Assembly (NCBI GenBank): GCA_963813185.1
Contig: CAWEYA010000019.1
Location: 44,561 to 108,560 of the forward strand
Source of the DNA: an uncultured Acidobacteriota bacterium
GTDB taxonomy: Bacteria > Acidobacteriota > Terriglobia > Acidiferrales > UBA7541
Length of the DNA: 64,000 nucleotides
Direction of reading: 5' to 3'
Shown here: one piece after another, positions 25,387-35,556 of the stretch
How positions within the stretch are numbered: position 1 is the first letter of the stretch
How the letters are laid out: every line of letters begins with the position of its first letter
The notes under the pieces: generated by a model
The model's database searches: none
What the model was told of the DNA's origin: nothing
The model's input: only the letters and a program-made list of their open reading frames with translations
Position numbers and translations under genes: made by a program

Positions 25387-25986
25387 ATGAAGCCCACACT
25401 CGACATCATCCTATTCGTCGCCGCCTTGATCGTCGTAGCCCTCCTCGCCGATGCCTGGCGATCCGCTCGTCATGACTCCCAACAACTCGCCGCCACCCTG
25501 GCCGCGCAGAACACGCTCATCCAGCAAGCCGGCGATCGCGAGAAACTGCGCGACTCGCAGCTCGCCGCCGCCCTCGCCGCCATCCAAGCGCAAAAGCGCA
25601 GTGTCCACACCCCGCAAGAAGCCGCCAAACAACTCCCGACCGTCCTCCCCGATCTCCCGCTCCCCGTTTCCATTCACGATCCCAATCTAACCGCCCCGCT
25701 CCCGCCCGGAGAACCCGCGACGACCACCATCTCCATCCCCCAGCCCGACCTCGTCCCGCTCTACGACGGTCTGCAGGACTGCCGCGCCTGCGCCCTACAG
25801 GCAGACTCCCTGAAAAAAGACTTGTCCGACGAAAAATCGCGATCCGCGTCCCTCCAACACGAACGAGACGCCGCCATCGCTGCCGCCCACGGCGGAGCAT
25901 TCTTCGTCCGGCTCAAGCGAGCCGCCAAATGGTTCGCCATCGGCCTGGCCACCGGAGCCGCCGTAGCAGCCGTCGCACACCACTAG
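25387..25986 (+). CDS. Membrane-anchored coiled-coil protein, candidate spanin
   Basis: N-terminal transmembrane helix IILFVAALIVVALLA, a long Ala/Gln-rich helical region, and a C-terminal hydrophobic segment. It follows the endolysin. Confidence 0.4.
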   Translation: MKPTLDIILFVAALIVVALLADAWRSARHDSQQLAATLAAQNTLIQQAGDREKLRDSQLAAALAAIQAQKRSVHTPQEAAKQLPTVLPDLPLPVSIHDPNLTAPLPPGEPATTTISIPQPDLVPLYDGLQDCRACALQADSLKKDLSDEKSRSASLQHERDAAIAAAHGGAFFVRLKRAAKWFAIGLATGAAVAAVAHH

Positions 25987-26574
25987 CGAACGAGCTCGTC
26001 TCGCAACTCCAGAATTGTGGATCCACTTAACTCAGATCAAATGGAAGAGACTACGTTGCGGTAGGGAACTACGAGTAGGCCGCGATTTCCCCCCGGCGAA
26101 GCGAGGCGTGCCCTATCCTTTTTCTGCAAACCACTCCATCCCTGCAACAAAATGAATCCCCTGTCCGGCGCCCCCGAAACCCTGGCAAATCTTTATCCTT
26201 GTGAATTTTTCCAGGCCGCGGATTCACAAGCTGCTGCAAGATTCAAATTTTTGTCATCGCGTTCACGGTAAACGTTCACGGTGAATCGAGGCGCCCTGCG
26301 CGCCGCGGAATCTCTCTCTTCTTGAATCTAAACCGATGAGAAATCCCTCGCTTCGCTCGCAACGACAATAGCGCGCATCATTTCGCAACCTCTGCAGCCG
26401 TTCCGCACCGAAAAGAGAATCAACCAGACATGAGCCGTTGGCCCTCCCGGGATCGAGTTCTCACACAGGCTCTTCGCCCTCCGGTTTTCTCCCTGCAACT
26501 CCATCAAAGAGCGGCAAGCAAAACCACGAATATGCGCCCCGCCAAATCCTCGCATGCACCTGCATCGACCCACG

Positions 26575-26970
26575 CCGAAAGTCCCCCCGAATTCCGCCCT
26601 CACCCTTTGCGGAATAACTCACGGCTCTCTCTCCCATTCCCAGAGAAAGTCCTTATCGCGAATCCGGCAAGCACATGCCACTCTCCTCCACCCCCCCATC
26701 ACCCGCAAAGTATTTCGCACCCCCCGAACCCCCGCAGCCCCCCCAAACATCGTGCATCCCCTCAACAGGCACTCCCCCGCCTCCGACCCGCCACCATCCT
26801 CTGCCCTCCACCCCGAAGTGCGATGCCGCCCCCCACATCCATCTATTTACCCCATCGAAAACGCCAATGAAAAACCCCCCATTCCCCCAGCACTAAAACC
26901 GCCCCTCCTGCCGCCCCACCCCGGCGTTCCAATCTATATCCCACAACCCCTCCGATTCCCTCTCCCCCCA
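26575..26970 (+). other. Roughly 400-bp C-rich, G-poor tract (G-runs on the minus strand)
   Basis: More than 20 runs of three or more C, several of C5-C7. Only Pro-rich nonsense ORFs are present. Confidence 0.7.
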
Positions 26971-27014
26971 GCCAGGAATGTACAAAAAAGTGACAAAAAT
27001 TTCCAACATCACTC

Positions 27015-27043
27015 TTGACACAAATAGTCTTATAAGCTATATT
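27015..27043 (+). promoter_or_regulatory. Sigma70-consensus-like promoter (TTGACA, 17 nt, TATATT)
   Basis: ttgaca at 27015-27020, a 17-nt spacer, tatatt at 27038-27043. It points into the 3' end of the convergent gene 27048-27938. Confidence 0.3.
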
Positions 27044-27047
27044 ATGT

Positions 27048-27938
27048 TTATATTGTGGGGTGGTTAAATGCGATGAATTGTTCTAGCGTGGATTTGTCGG
27101 GGCCGATGACTCGGCGGCTGTTTACGAACGTCGTGGGAGTGGCGGTAATGGTTAGGGCGTGACCTTCTTCGATGGTTTGCTTCACTTGATTGGCGGTTTC
27201 TGGGTTTATCATGCAGGCTCGATAGGCGTCTGGATTCAATCCTTGTTGATTTGCTAAATCTTGCAGCTTATCCGAGACGTTTAAAGGGGTAATTGCGTCT
27301 TGGGCGTCAAAGATGGCGTCGTGGATTTTCCAGAAGGCGGCGGGGCTTTGTTGGAAGGCGCACTGGCTGGCGATCGCGGCGGTCATAGCCCAGGGGTGAA
27401 TGTCGGTTAGGGGGTAGTGCTTGAAGACCAGGCGGACCTCTGGATGGCGCGGTAGGAGATCTCTAAGAACTAAATCAAGTTGACGGCATGAGGGGCACTC
27501 GAAATCAGCGAACTCGATTAGAGTGATTTTGGCATCCTCGGGGCCCAGTGACGGTGAATTGCCAACGTGAAGTTTGGATCTGATTTCGGCGAAGGGGTCG
27601 ACAGACATGTCTGTGAGCTCGCCTCGCAGTAGGAAATTGCCGGTTTTTGAGACGTAGACGACCGCAGTGTCGGACTGTCCTCCCATCGAGACGGTTACGG
27701 GAACTTGGAGCAAGTCGGCAATGGGCGAGGGTTTGGGCGGACCGACTTTGACGTCAAAGGCCGGGCCCCAGGCGTACAAATTCCTTAAATATTGCTCCAC
27801 GCGGTTCTCAAGGGTTTCTGATTTCGTGTTTGGCGAATCGGCTGCTTTGGAACCTGGGGATTTTTCCTTTCCCGAGACCGTTTGAGCCACTGCAGGCAAC
27901 CGGAAAACCGTAAGAAGTAAGAGGGCGCAAACGAACAT
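27048..27938 (-). CDS. DsbA-family thiol:disulfide oxidoreductase (secreted)
   Basis: Signal-like MFVCALLLLTVFRLPAVAQ. FADFECPSCRQL carries a CxxC active site. Start moved to the ATG at 27938 to avoid overlap with nadE. Confidence 0.8.
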   Translation of the reverse strand: MFVCALLLLTVFRLPAVAQTVSGKEKSPGSKAADSPNTKSETLENRVEQYLRNLYAWGPAFDVKVGPPKPSPIADLLQVPVTVSMGGQSDTAVVYVSKTGNFLLRGELTDMSVDPFAEIRSKLHVGNSPSLGPEDAKITLIEFADFECPSCRQLDLVLRDLLPRHPEVRLVFKHYPLTDIHPWAMTAAIASQCAFQQSPAAFWKIHDAIFDAQDAITPLNVSDKLQDLANQQGLNPDAYRACMINPETANQVKQTIEEGHALTITATPTTFVNSRRVIGPDKSTLEQFIAFNHPTI

Positions 27939-27963
27939 TTTTCGGAACACGGTGGGGCTCCTC

Positions 27964-29601
27964 TCAGGGATTGAATTTTTGAACGATCGGAAAAGGGCGG
28001 CCCAGTCCAAAGGCCCGGGAGGTAATTTTCAGGCCGGGAGGGGCTTGCCTTCTTTTATATTCATTGCGGTCTACCTTGCCGGCGATGGAACGAACTAGGT
28101 CGAGATTCAGTTCACACTCGGCGGCTATTTCCTCGGGGCTTTTTACTTCTTCGATATAGGCCTTCAAGACGCGGTCCAGAACATCGTACGGAGGAAGGGA
28201 ATCCTGATCCATCTGATTCGGGCGAAGCTCGGCGGATGGCGGCTTTTCGATGGAGGCGCGGGGGATTAGTTCCCTTTCGCGATTGATCAATTCTGCGAGT
28301 GCATAGACCATTGTTTTGGGGACGTCCGAAAGCATAGCCAGGCCGCCTGCCATGTCTCCGTAAAGAGTGCAATACCCTACCGCCATTTCCGATTTATTTC
28401 CTGTGCTAAGAACCATGGAGCCAAACTTGTTTGATAGTGCCATCAAATAATTGCCACGCACTCTCGCCTGAAGATTCTCCTCGGTCACGTCTTCCGGGCG
28501 GCCGCGGAAAGCGTCAGCGAGCAGGGCTCGATAGGACTGGAAGACGTCGGTAATGGGAATTGTCTGAAACTCGATTCCCAGATTCTCCGCTAGCCGCCGG
28601 GCATCGGCGCGACTTCCTTCGGAGGAGTATGGCCCGGGCATGGAAACGCCAAGGACATTTTCGCGGCCCAGGGCGGCGACGGCAACGGCGGCGACAACGG
28701 AGGAATCGATGCCTCCGCTGAGGCCCACGACAATCGAGTGGAAGCCAGACTTACAAACGTAGTCGCGAGTTCCGCAAATAAGGGCTTGCAGGACGAGATC
28801 GAGTTCGGTCGCAGGCTGGGGGTGAAGGTCGCCCGAGTTTGTATCGGTGTCAAAAATGACGAGGTCTTCCACGAAGGAACCGGCTTGAGCGGGGACACAG
28901 CCGTCGGGCAAGACCACGACGCTGCCTCCATCGAAAACCAAACTGTCATTCCCGCCAACCTGATTGACGTAGATGACTGGCCGGCCGTGCGACTTGGCCA
29001 GCGCGCGCAACATGTCCATGCGCAGGGCTCGCTTATCGATCGTGTAGGGGGAGCCGGAGATATTGATGATCAGGCCGGCGTTTTTGGCAATCAGTTCGGC
29101 GACAGGATCGCGCTCGTAAAGGGGCTTGGCCCAGAATGTTTTATCGTTCCAGATATCTTCGCAGATGGTGATGCCCAAATTTTGTCCGCCAAAGGAAAAA
29201 ACATTTTGCGTCGCGGCGGGTTGAAAGTATCTGGATTCGTCGAACACATCGTAGGTGGGGAGCAGCATTTTGTGCTGGACGAACGCGATTTTTCCGTTGG
29301 CCAGGAGGGCCGCCGCGTTGGCAGCGGATTTTCCAGTCGATCCAGTTGCGCGGGCCGCGTAGCCAACGATGGAGGGAATCGGCAACTGTTTCGCCAGGCA
29401 AGCCAATTCCCTTTCGTTGCGGTCAATAAATTGAGGGCGCTCAATCAGGTCCATCGGCAGGTACCCGCAGAGACACAGTTCGGAGAAAACGGCCAAGTCC
29501 GCGCCGCGCTCGGCTGCGCGCCGGGCAAAATCCAAAATCCTGGCGGAATTTCCGGCGAAATCGCCGACGGTGGGATTTAACTGCGCGAGAGCGATTTTCA
29601 T
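27964..29601 (-). CDS. nadE: Glutamine-dependent NAD+ synthetase
   Basis: N-terminal CN-hydrolase domain plus a C-terminal synthetase domain with the SGGIDSS P-loop; 545 aa. Confidence 0.9.
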   Translation of the reverse strand: MKIALAQLNPTVGDFAGNSARILDFARRAAERGADLAVFSELCLCGYLPMDLIERPQFIDRNERELACLAKQLPIPSIVGYAARATGSTGKSAANAAALLANGKIAFVQHKMLLPTYDVFDESRYFQPAATQNVFSFGGQNLGITICEDIWNDKTFWAKPLYERDPVAELIAKNAGLIINISGSPYTIDKRALRMDMLRALAKSHGRPVIYVNQVGGNDSLVFDGGSVVVLPDGCVPAQAGSFVEDLVIFDTDTNSGDLHPQPATELDLVLQALICGTRDYVCKSGFHSIVVGLSGGIDSSVVAAVAVAALGRENVLGVSMPGPYSSEGSRADARRLAENLGIEFQTIPITDVFQSYRALLADAFRGRPEDVTEENLQARVRGNYLMALSNKFGSMVLSTGNKSEMAVGYCTLYGDMAGGLAMLSDVPKTMVYALAELINRERELIPRASIEKPPSAELRPNQMDQDSLPPYDVLDRVLKAYIEEVKSPEEIAAECELNLDLVRSIAGKVDRNEYKRRQAPPGLKITSRAFGLGRPFPIVQKFNP

Positions 29602-29754
29602 GAGCGGCCTATAGAATACGGGCCACGGTAACGCATTGCAACGAGTTCACGACGGTCCGCATAAACGGCGGATGAAAAAGAAAATGGGCCTGAGCGATGC
29701 CTCGCAAAGGCCCATGGGCAAAAGCGTCCGAAACGGGAAAGTATCGCGGCGTTC

Positions 29755-30078
29755 TTAAACGCTGAACGAACTGCCACAGCCGCAGGTACTCTTGACGTTC
29801 GGGTTATTAAACTTGAAGCCGGCGCCTTCCAGCGTCTCGATATAGTCGATGGAGACGCCTTCCAGGTACATTTCGCTCATCTGATCGACGAGGACTTTGA
29901 GTCCGTCGAATTCATAGACGTTGTCGGTTGGGTTCTCCGAGTTCTCAAACGCCATGTGATAGCTGAAGCCTGAGCAGCCTCCGCCTACGACGGCCACGCG
30001 GAGCGCCACAGGGGCGGGGTTCTGCTGGCCCATAATTTCTTTAACCTTCGTTGTCGCCACTGGAGTAACTGTAATCAT
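29755..30078 (-). CDS. Iron-sulfur cluster insertion protein (HesB/IscA/ErpA family)
   Basis: GGGCSGFSY and C-terminal CGCGSSF motifs. Start at the internal ATG (MITVTPVA). Confidence 0.85.
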   Translation of the reverse strand: MITVTPVATTKVKEIMGQQNPAPVALRVAVVGGGCSGFSYHMAFENSENPTDNVYEFDGLKVLVDQMSEMYLEGVSIDYIETLEGAGFKFNNPNVKSTCGCGSSFSV

Positions 30079-30392
30079 TTCAGTGTTTTCACTCCCTGCC
30101 GGTTTCGGCGAAATTTCTTCCAGGAACATTATAACACAGGATGCAAGTGCTTGGCCTCGTACAGCAAATCCTGTCTTTCACTATACCCAATTTGATGCAG
30201 TGAATCGGCAGAAGTTTCGCTTGGGTGCATCCCCTGTGTCGCACTTGTATGGGCTTGATTCGAGGTTCGAAATTTTCCCATTACTTGCGTGGGGGCTACG
30301 GCATGTCGTCCCCGTCGGGACTTTCCGGATGATGGCAAAGGATTGCAATCATTCGATGGCGGTTTTCGACAAAGTTCGGGCTTTCCCTTAAG

Positions 30393-31415
30393 ATGATTGA
30401 AACTATGACGCACAAAATTACTCTTCTTCCGGGGGACGGGATCGGGCCTGAAGTGGCGAATGCGGCCAGGCAAATCGTGGAGGCTTCGGGAGTTTCGGTG
30501 GATTGGGAAGTGTTCGCGGCGCCGCTTAAGGACGGCAAACGCGTGGGGGAATTTCCGCGCGAGCAAGCGGTGGAATCAGTGCGGCGCACGCACGTAGCAT
30601 TGAAGGGGCCGATGGCCACTGCTGTCGCGGAAGGACCCCCGAGCATTAATGTGGCGCTTCGCAAGGAACTGGACCTCTATGCCAACCTGCGTCCGGTGCG
30701 CAATGTTGCCGGCGTTTCTTCCCGTTGGTCGGGTGTGGACCTGGTTATCGTACGGGAAAATACCGAGGATCTGTACGCGGGGCTCGAACACACGGTGGTT
30801 CCCGGCGTTGTAGAGAGTTTGAAGATTATTACGGAGCATGCTTCGACGCGCATCGCCCGGTTCGCCTTTGAATACGCGCGCAAGAATGGACGCAAGAAAA
30901 TTCATGCGATCCACAAAGCCAACATCATGAAACTTTCCGACGGGCTTTTCCTCAATTCCATTCGCGCGGTGGCGAAAAAATATCCGGAGATAGAATATCG
31001 CGAACTGATTGTGGACAATGCGTGCATGCAATTGGTTATGAATCCGGCGCAGTTCGACGTTCTGCTGCTGCCGAATCTTTATGGGGACGTGGTCAGCGAT
31101 CTCGCGGCTGGCTTGGTGGGAGGACTGGGTGTCGTGCCCAGCGGGAACATTGGAGATGTGGCTGCCTTGTTTGAAGCCGTTCACGGGACGGCGCCCGATA
31201 TCGTCGGCAAAGGGATTGCCAATCCGACGGCCATCGTGATGTCGGCGGCCATGATGCTGAATTATTTGAACGAAGGGGACGCTTCACGCCGAATTCTTGG
31301 CGCTCTCGATAAAGTGTATCGTGAGGGAAAGCACACGACGCGCGACGTTGGGGGTACGGGGACGACGCAGGAGTTTACGCGGGCGGTGATTGAGGAAATG
31401 GGCGCGATTGGGTAG
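30393..31415 (+). CDS. Isocitrate/isopropylmalate dehydrogenase family, NAD-IDH-like
   Basis: LLPGDGIGPEV, SINVALRKELDLYANLRP, VRENTEDLY, NLYGDVVSD. The start may instead be the ATG at 30405. Confidence 0.8.
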   Translation: MIETMTHKITLLPGDGIGPEVANAARQIVEASGVSVDWEVFAAPLKDGKRVGEFPREQAVESVRRTHVALKGPMATAVAEGPPSINVALRKELDLYANLRPVRNVAGVSSRWSGVDLVIVRENTEDLYAGLEHTVVPGVVESLKIITEHASTRIARFAFEYARKNGRKKIHAIHKANIMKLSDGLFLNSIRAVAKKYPEIEYRELIVDNACMQLVMNPAQFDVLLLPNLYGDVVSDLAAGLVGGLGVVPSGNIGDVAALFEAVHGTAPDIVGKGIANPTAIVMSAAMMLNYLNEGDASRRILGALDKVYREGKHTTRDVGGTGTTQEFTRAVIEEMGAIG

Positions 31416-31531
31416 CACAGACTTTAGTCTGTGGGGTTCCATTTGATCTTGGCTAGCGCGCTTGGCCCGGGTTCTTGAACGGACACCCACAGACTGCCCT
31501 TCCTCCACTCAGGGTGAAAAGTCTCTGCTAC
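31412..31531. repeat. Type-B REPIN-like double hairpin filling the gap between two convergent stop codons
   Basis: gtagcacagactttagtctgtgggg ... cccacagac-[tgcccttcctccactcagggtgaaaa]-gtctctgctac. The TAG at 31413-31415 lies inside the GTAG head, and the minus-strand TAA at 31532-31534 abuts the tail. Confidence 0.85.
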
Positions 31532-33328
31532 TTAAAAACCTGCAGGGCGTTCTTCTGCTACTCCGAAGATTTTCTCCAGGGCCAAGCCTGCGCGGCCTAA
31601 AGTGCCCTCGTCGAAAAGGCGGCCAATCAGGGTGACACCGTGAGGGACGCGGCGCGGCGGGGTGAATTTAGGAAGCGGTTTTTTGGGATCCGGCGCCCAA
31701 TCGCTGCGCGCGGTGGATACTTCGACGAAGCCGGCACGTAGCGTGAGCGAGGGATGGCCCGTGAAATTAGTGATGGTTAGCATTTCGTCGCGCAGCGAAG
31801 GCACCAGGAGCAAGTCCACGCCGGAGAAAACGCGAGCCATTTCCATAGCCACGCTGCGGCGGAAGCGGTCGGTCTGCACGAAGTCCACGGCCGAAAGAAA
31901 GCGCGACTGGCGGAAAATGTTTGGCCAGGCGTCGGGAACCTGAGCCTTCAACTGGTCAACGCCGTGGCTCAGCGTGAGCTCTTCAAAGGCGGCTGCCGCT
32001 TCAGCAAACAGGATAAGGTCCAGCGAGTCATAAGGCCAGTCAGGGATCGACACCTCAACTGGAACCATGCCCGCTTTCCGAACCGCGTCCAAGGCATTGC
32101 GGTCCACATCGGTTGCGGGGTTCTCTTTCATCCAGCCGGGAAAATATCCCACGCGCAGACCTTGCACGCTCGCGCCGGTGTCGAAATCAAGCTTGCTGGG
32201 CACGCTGGACAAGTCTCCGGGGTCCGGTCCGGAGATGGCGTGCAGCACCAACATGGCGTCCCCAACGCTGCGAGTCATCGGGCCAAGCTTGTCCAGCGAC
32301 CAGCACAGAGTCATGGCCCCGGTGCGCGGCACGCGGCCGTAGGTGGGACGCAAACCGGTAATGCCGCAACGCATGGAGGGACTTACGATGCTGCCGTCCG
32401 TCTCGCTCCCGATCGCGAAGCCTACAAGTCCCGCCGCAGTGGCAGCGCCAGGGCCGGCGCTTGAACCAGACGATCCCTCTTCGAGCAGCCACGGGTTCAT
32501 GGTTTGTCCGCCGAACCAGATATCGTTGAGCGCCAGAGCGCCCATGCTGAGCTTCGCAACTAGGACCGCGCCTGCGTCATTGAGGCGTTTCACCACTGCG
32601 GCGTCCGCTGTGGGAACGCGGTTTCGGAAGGGCTCGGCGCCGTACGTGGTGGCAATTCCTGCTGTGTCCAGGAGGTCCTTAGCGCCCCACGGGATGCCAT
32701 GCAGCGGGCCGCGGTACTTCCCTGCTGCAATTTCGGCGTCGGCCTTCTTGGCTTGCGCCAGTGCGGAATCTCGCGCCAGGGTAATGACGCAGCGCAACTT
32801 GGGATCGAATTTCTCCAGGCGGTCGAGATAAATTTGCGTGAGCCGCACGGAGGTAAGTTTTCGCTGCTCCATCCAGCGCGAGAGCTGCGTCAGGGGCGCG
32901 AACGCAATTTCGTCATCCATTGCGGGCAACGATCCTGAGTCGATTGGTTTGAAGACGAAGCGGTCGCGCTCCGGGCCGCGCTTTTCGCCGGGCAGCACCG
33001 GATCCCAGCGCGACCAGGGGGCTAGCGACGGCTCCAGCGCAACCTTTCGAGGGCCGGTACGCCGTTCGTAAACCGCGGCGATGTTCATTCTCCAGCTTCC
33101 GGCCGCGAGGTCGCGTTCCGCGCTGGTCAGATTGACCTGCATGAGTTTCTCTGCTTCGGCAAAAGTTGCAGGCGACACTTCCGGTCCGGCGGGCGGCGAA
33201 GTGCCGAACGCGGGTGGCGCGCCGGGAGGAGCTTCCGCAACTTTTTGTGACTTGCTGCGGCATCCCGCAGCCGCTCCTAGCAAAGCAAGCGAAGAGCGCG
33301 TTAAGAATTCTCTGCGCGATTTTGACAT
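31532..33328 (-). CDS. Amidase-signature enzyme with a Tat signal
   Basis: SRREFLTRSSLALLGAAAGC twin-arginine leader. GSSGSSAGPGAATAAG amidase signature. GGAGGAG upstream. Confidence 0.8.
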   Translation of the reverse strand: MSKSRREFLTRSSLALLGAAAGCRSKSQKVAEAPPGAPPAFGTSPPAGPEVSPATFAEAEKLMQVNLTSAERDLAAGSWRMNIAAVYERRTGPRKVALEPSLAPWSRWDPVLPGEKRGPERDRFVFKPIDSGSLPAMDDEIAFAPLTQLSRWMEQRKLTSVRLTQIYLDRLEKFDPKLRCVITLARDSALAQAKKADAEIAAGKYRGPLHGIPWGAKDLLDTAGIATTYGAEPFRNRVPTADAAVVKRLNDAGAVLVAKLSMGALALNDIWFGGQTMNPWLLEEGSSGSSAGPGAATAAGLVGFAIGSETDGSIVSPSMRCGITGLRPTYGRVPRTGAMTLCWSLDKLGPMTRSVGDAMLVLHAISGPDPGDLSSVPSKLDFDTGASVQGLRVGYFPGWMKENPATDVDRNALDAVRKAGMVPVEVSIPDWPYDSLDLILFAEAAAAFEELTLSHGVDQLKAQVPDAWPNIFRQSRFLSAVDFVQTDRFRRSVAMEMARVFSGVDLLLVPSLRDEMLTITNFTGHPSLTLRAGFVEVSTARSDWAPDPKKPLPKFTPPRRVPHGVTLIGRLFDEGTLGRAGLALEKIFGVAEERPAGF

Positions 33329-33347
33329 TTCTCCTCCGAATAGGGCA

Positions 33348-33467
33348 GTGACTAGTGGCTAGTGAATGGTGACTAGTGGAAAACCCGTAGCAATCTGGGA
33401 GCTTGCCGTCGCCGGCGGTGTTCACTAGCCACTAGTCACTAATCACTAGTCACCGGTCACCAGTCAC
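33348..33467. repeat. Inverted heptamer-array pair between two minus-strand core genes
   Basis: gtgactagtggctagtgaatggtgactagtggaaaaccc ... ttcactagccactagtcactaatcactagtcaccggtcaccagtcac. The MFS stop (TGA, 33464-33466) lies in the array. Confidence 0.9.
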
Positions 33468-34780
33468 AATTCCTCGTCCTTCGTCTCGCGCGCGGCAAGC
33501 AGGCCGACGAATGTCAAGGCCGCTGCGCCGGTGAGGTAGTAGCCGACGTATTGTAGGCCGTAAGTCTTGGCCAGCCACGTGGCGATGTACGGCGCGAGCG
33601 AAGCGCCGAAAATACCGGCGAAGGTGAACGTCAGCGAACTGCCGGTGTAACGCACCGAAGTCGGAAAAAGTTCGGACAGCACCGTGCCAAGCGGGCCGTA
33701 GGTCAGGCCCATCAGGGAAAGGCCCACTGTCATCATCAGCACGGCTCCCGTCGTCCCGGCGAGAAACATGGGCGCCATGATCAGTCCGAATGCGCCGATG
33801 GCCGCGGTCACCCAGAGGAGCGTGCTGCGGCGTCCGCGTTCGGCGAGGATCGCGCCGATGGGAATAAAAACCGCGAAAAACACGATGGCGAAGAGCTGCA
33901 TCACCAGAAACTTCTGGCGGCTGTAGCCAAGCGCAGTGGTGCCCCAGGACAATGCGAAGACCGTCATCAAATAAAAAATCACGAACGTTGCGAGCGCCAC
34001 GAGCGTGCCCACCACCACTGTTCTGGGGTGTTCGCGAAACACGGTCAGCATGGGCACCTTCACGCGCTCCCTGCGGCTGAGGGCGTCGCGGAACACGGGC
34101 GTCTCGGTGATCGTCAACCGCACGTAGAGGCCGACGAGCACCAGCGCGGCGCTGGCCAGAAACGGAATGCGCCAACCGAAGGCGAAGAATTGCTGGTCGG
34201 TAAGCCATCTGGAGAGCGCCAGAAATATTCCGCCGGAAAAAAGGAATCCGGCAGGCGCGCCGAGCTGCGGAAACATGCCGTACCAGGCGCGCTTTCCCGG
34301 CGGCGCGTTCTCAATCGCCAGTAGTACCGCGCCTCCCCACTCGCCGCCGAGGCCCAGCCCCTGCCCAAAACGAAACAGCGCAAGCAGCGTCGGCGCTGCC
34401 ACACCGATCGTGCCGTAAGTTGGCAGAGCGCCAATTGCAACTGTGGAGAGCCCCATGGTGAGGAGCGCGGCTACAAGTGTCGCCTTGCGTCCAACACGAT
34501 CGCCGAAATGGCCGAACAGCGCCGAGCCGACAGGCCGCGCAAAAAACGCAATTGCAAAAGTCGCGAGCGAAGCGAGCGTCGCGGAGGCCGGGTCGGTCGA
34601 CGGGAAAAACAATTTGGGGAATACAAGAACCGCGGCGGTCGCAAAAATGTAAAAGTCGAAGAACTCGATCGTCGTTCCGATCAGGCTCGCAAACAGCACC
34701 TGCGCAGGCTTGTTGATACCCACGCCCGCGCGGGGGTCCTCCTGGCTGACCGCAACACCGTTGTCGGGGGTTTCATTCAA
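33464..34780 (-). CDS. MFS transporter, metabolite:H+ symporter type
   Basis: TIEFFDFYIF and GALFGHFGDRVGRK motifs, about 12 transmembrane helices. The start is uncertain (TTG 34780 or GTG 34723). The ORF-track N-terminal extension to 34999 looks non-coding. Confidence 0.8.
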   Translation of the reverse strand: MNETPDNGVAVSQEDPRAGVGINKPAQVLFASLIGTTIEFFDFYIFATAAVLVFPKLFFPSTDPASATLASLATFAIAFFARPVGSALFGHFGDRVGRKATLVAALLTMGLSTVAIGALPTYGTIGVAAPTLLALFRFGQGLGLGGEWGGAVLLAIENAPPGKRAWYGMFPQLGAPAGFLFSGGIFLALSRWLTDQQFFAFGWRIPFLASAALVLVGLYVRLTITETPVFRDALSRRERVKVPMLTVFREHPRTVVVGTLVALATFVIFYLMTVFALSWGTTALGYSRQKFLVMQLFAIVFFAVFIPIGAILAERGRRSTLLWVTAAIGAFGLIMAPMFLAGTTGAVLMMTVGLSLMGLTYGPLGTVLSELFPTSVRYTGSSLTFTFAGIFGASLAPYIATWLAKTYGLQYVGYYLTGAAALTFVGLLAARETKDEEL

Positions 34781-35036
34781 TGGGCTCCAGCTTACAACAT
34801 GTTCGCCTCGAATCAACTTGCGGATTCTTGTTTTTATATGGTGTGATCTTCTCGAAATAGGGCCCTGTCGAGAAAAACCACTTACCCGAAAATCCGTTAA
34901 TCGGAATTTGGGTGTCTGCTCCACTGGCAAATTCGTTGTGCCATGGGCAGGAGAGGCGTACGATGCGCAAGTCACAGGCCCGAGTCGGACATCCCCCATT
35001 TCGAAATCAAGAAAGAAAACTGTGAGAGGAGATTAA

Positions 35037-35501
35037 ATGAAAATTACGAGGTTCTTGCTTACCGCTGCAGCGTTGTTAAGTGTCGCCGTAGTATGCTTCG
35101 CCGCCGACGTGAACACGGGCACCTGGAAGCTGAACGAAGCCAAATCCAAGATCAGCCCCGGAGCCGGGAAGAATAACACAGTCGTCATCGCGGCCGCGGG
35201 CGACAGCATGAAAGTCACCGTGGACGGTACCGGCGCGGACGGCAAGCCCACGCATAACGAATGGACGGGAAAGTTCGACGGCAAAGATTACCCCATCACC
35301 GGTGATCCAACGGCTGATATGCGGGCGTATAAGCCGGTCAACGATCATACCCTGGCGCTGACCAAGAAGAATGGCGGCAAAGTTACCAATACCAGTAGCG
35401 TCGTCGTCTCGGCCGACGGTAAGACACGCACGGTCACCGCCAACCGAACTGATGCTAACAGCAAAAACATAAGTTTCACCTTTGTCTACGACAAGCAATA
35501 G
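35037..35501 (+). CDS. Secreted hypothetical beta-rich protein
   Basis: Signal peptide LLTAAALLSVAVVCFAADV. 154 aa with an alternating beta-strand-like pattern. Confidence 0.65.
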   Translation: MKITRFLLTAAALLSVAVVCFAADVNTGTWKLNEAKSKISPGAGKNNTVVIAAAGDSMKVTVDGTGADGKPTHNEWTGKFDGKDYPITGDPTADMRAYKPVNDHTLALTKKNGGKVTNTSSVVVSADGKTRTVTANRTDANSKNISFTFVYDKQ

Positions 35502-35526
35502 TTGGCAGACTTGCTGAACTCCCGAT

Positions 35527-35556
35527 GGGCCGCCGATTCCAGCGGCCCTTTTCTTT
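35527..35556 (+). terminator. Rho-independent terminator
   Basis: gggccgc-cgattcca-gcggccc followed by ttttcttt, 26 nt after stop 35501. Confidence 0.7.

Noticed and set aside
26430-27018. Proline-rich ORFs 26430-26870 and 26554-27018 as genes
   Set aside because: They are a by-product of the C-rich tract, with overlapping frames, no start context and no protein-like pattern.
25990-27047. A tRNA gene, att core or integrase at the right prophage end
   Set aside because: I could not find a cloverleaf-compatible sequence. No integrase-like ORF occurs anywhere in the window. A short palindrome cttgtgaat...attcacaag (26199-26231) and a direct repeat of gttcacggt (26260-26281) were noted but cannot be interpreted without the other prophage end.
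34781-34999. The N-terminal extension of the MFS transporter ORF
   Set aside because: The first 70 or so residues are not hydrophobic or transporter-like. The conserved N-terminal TIEFFDFYIF region begins soon after the internal TTG or GTG starts.
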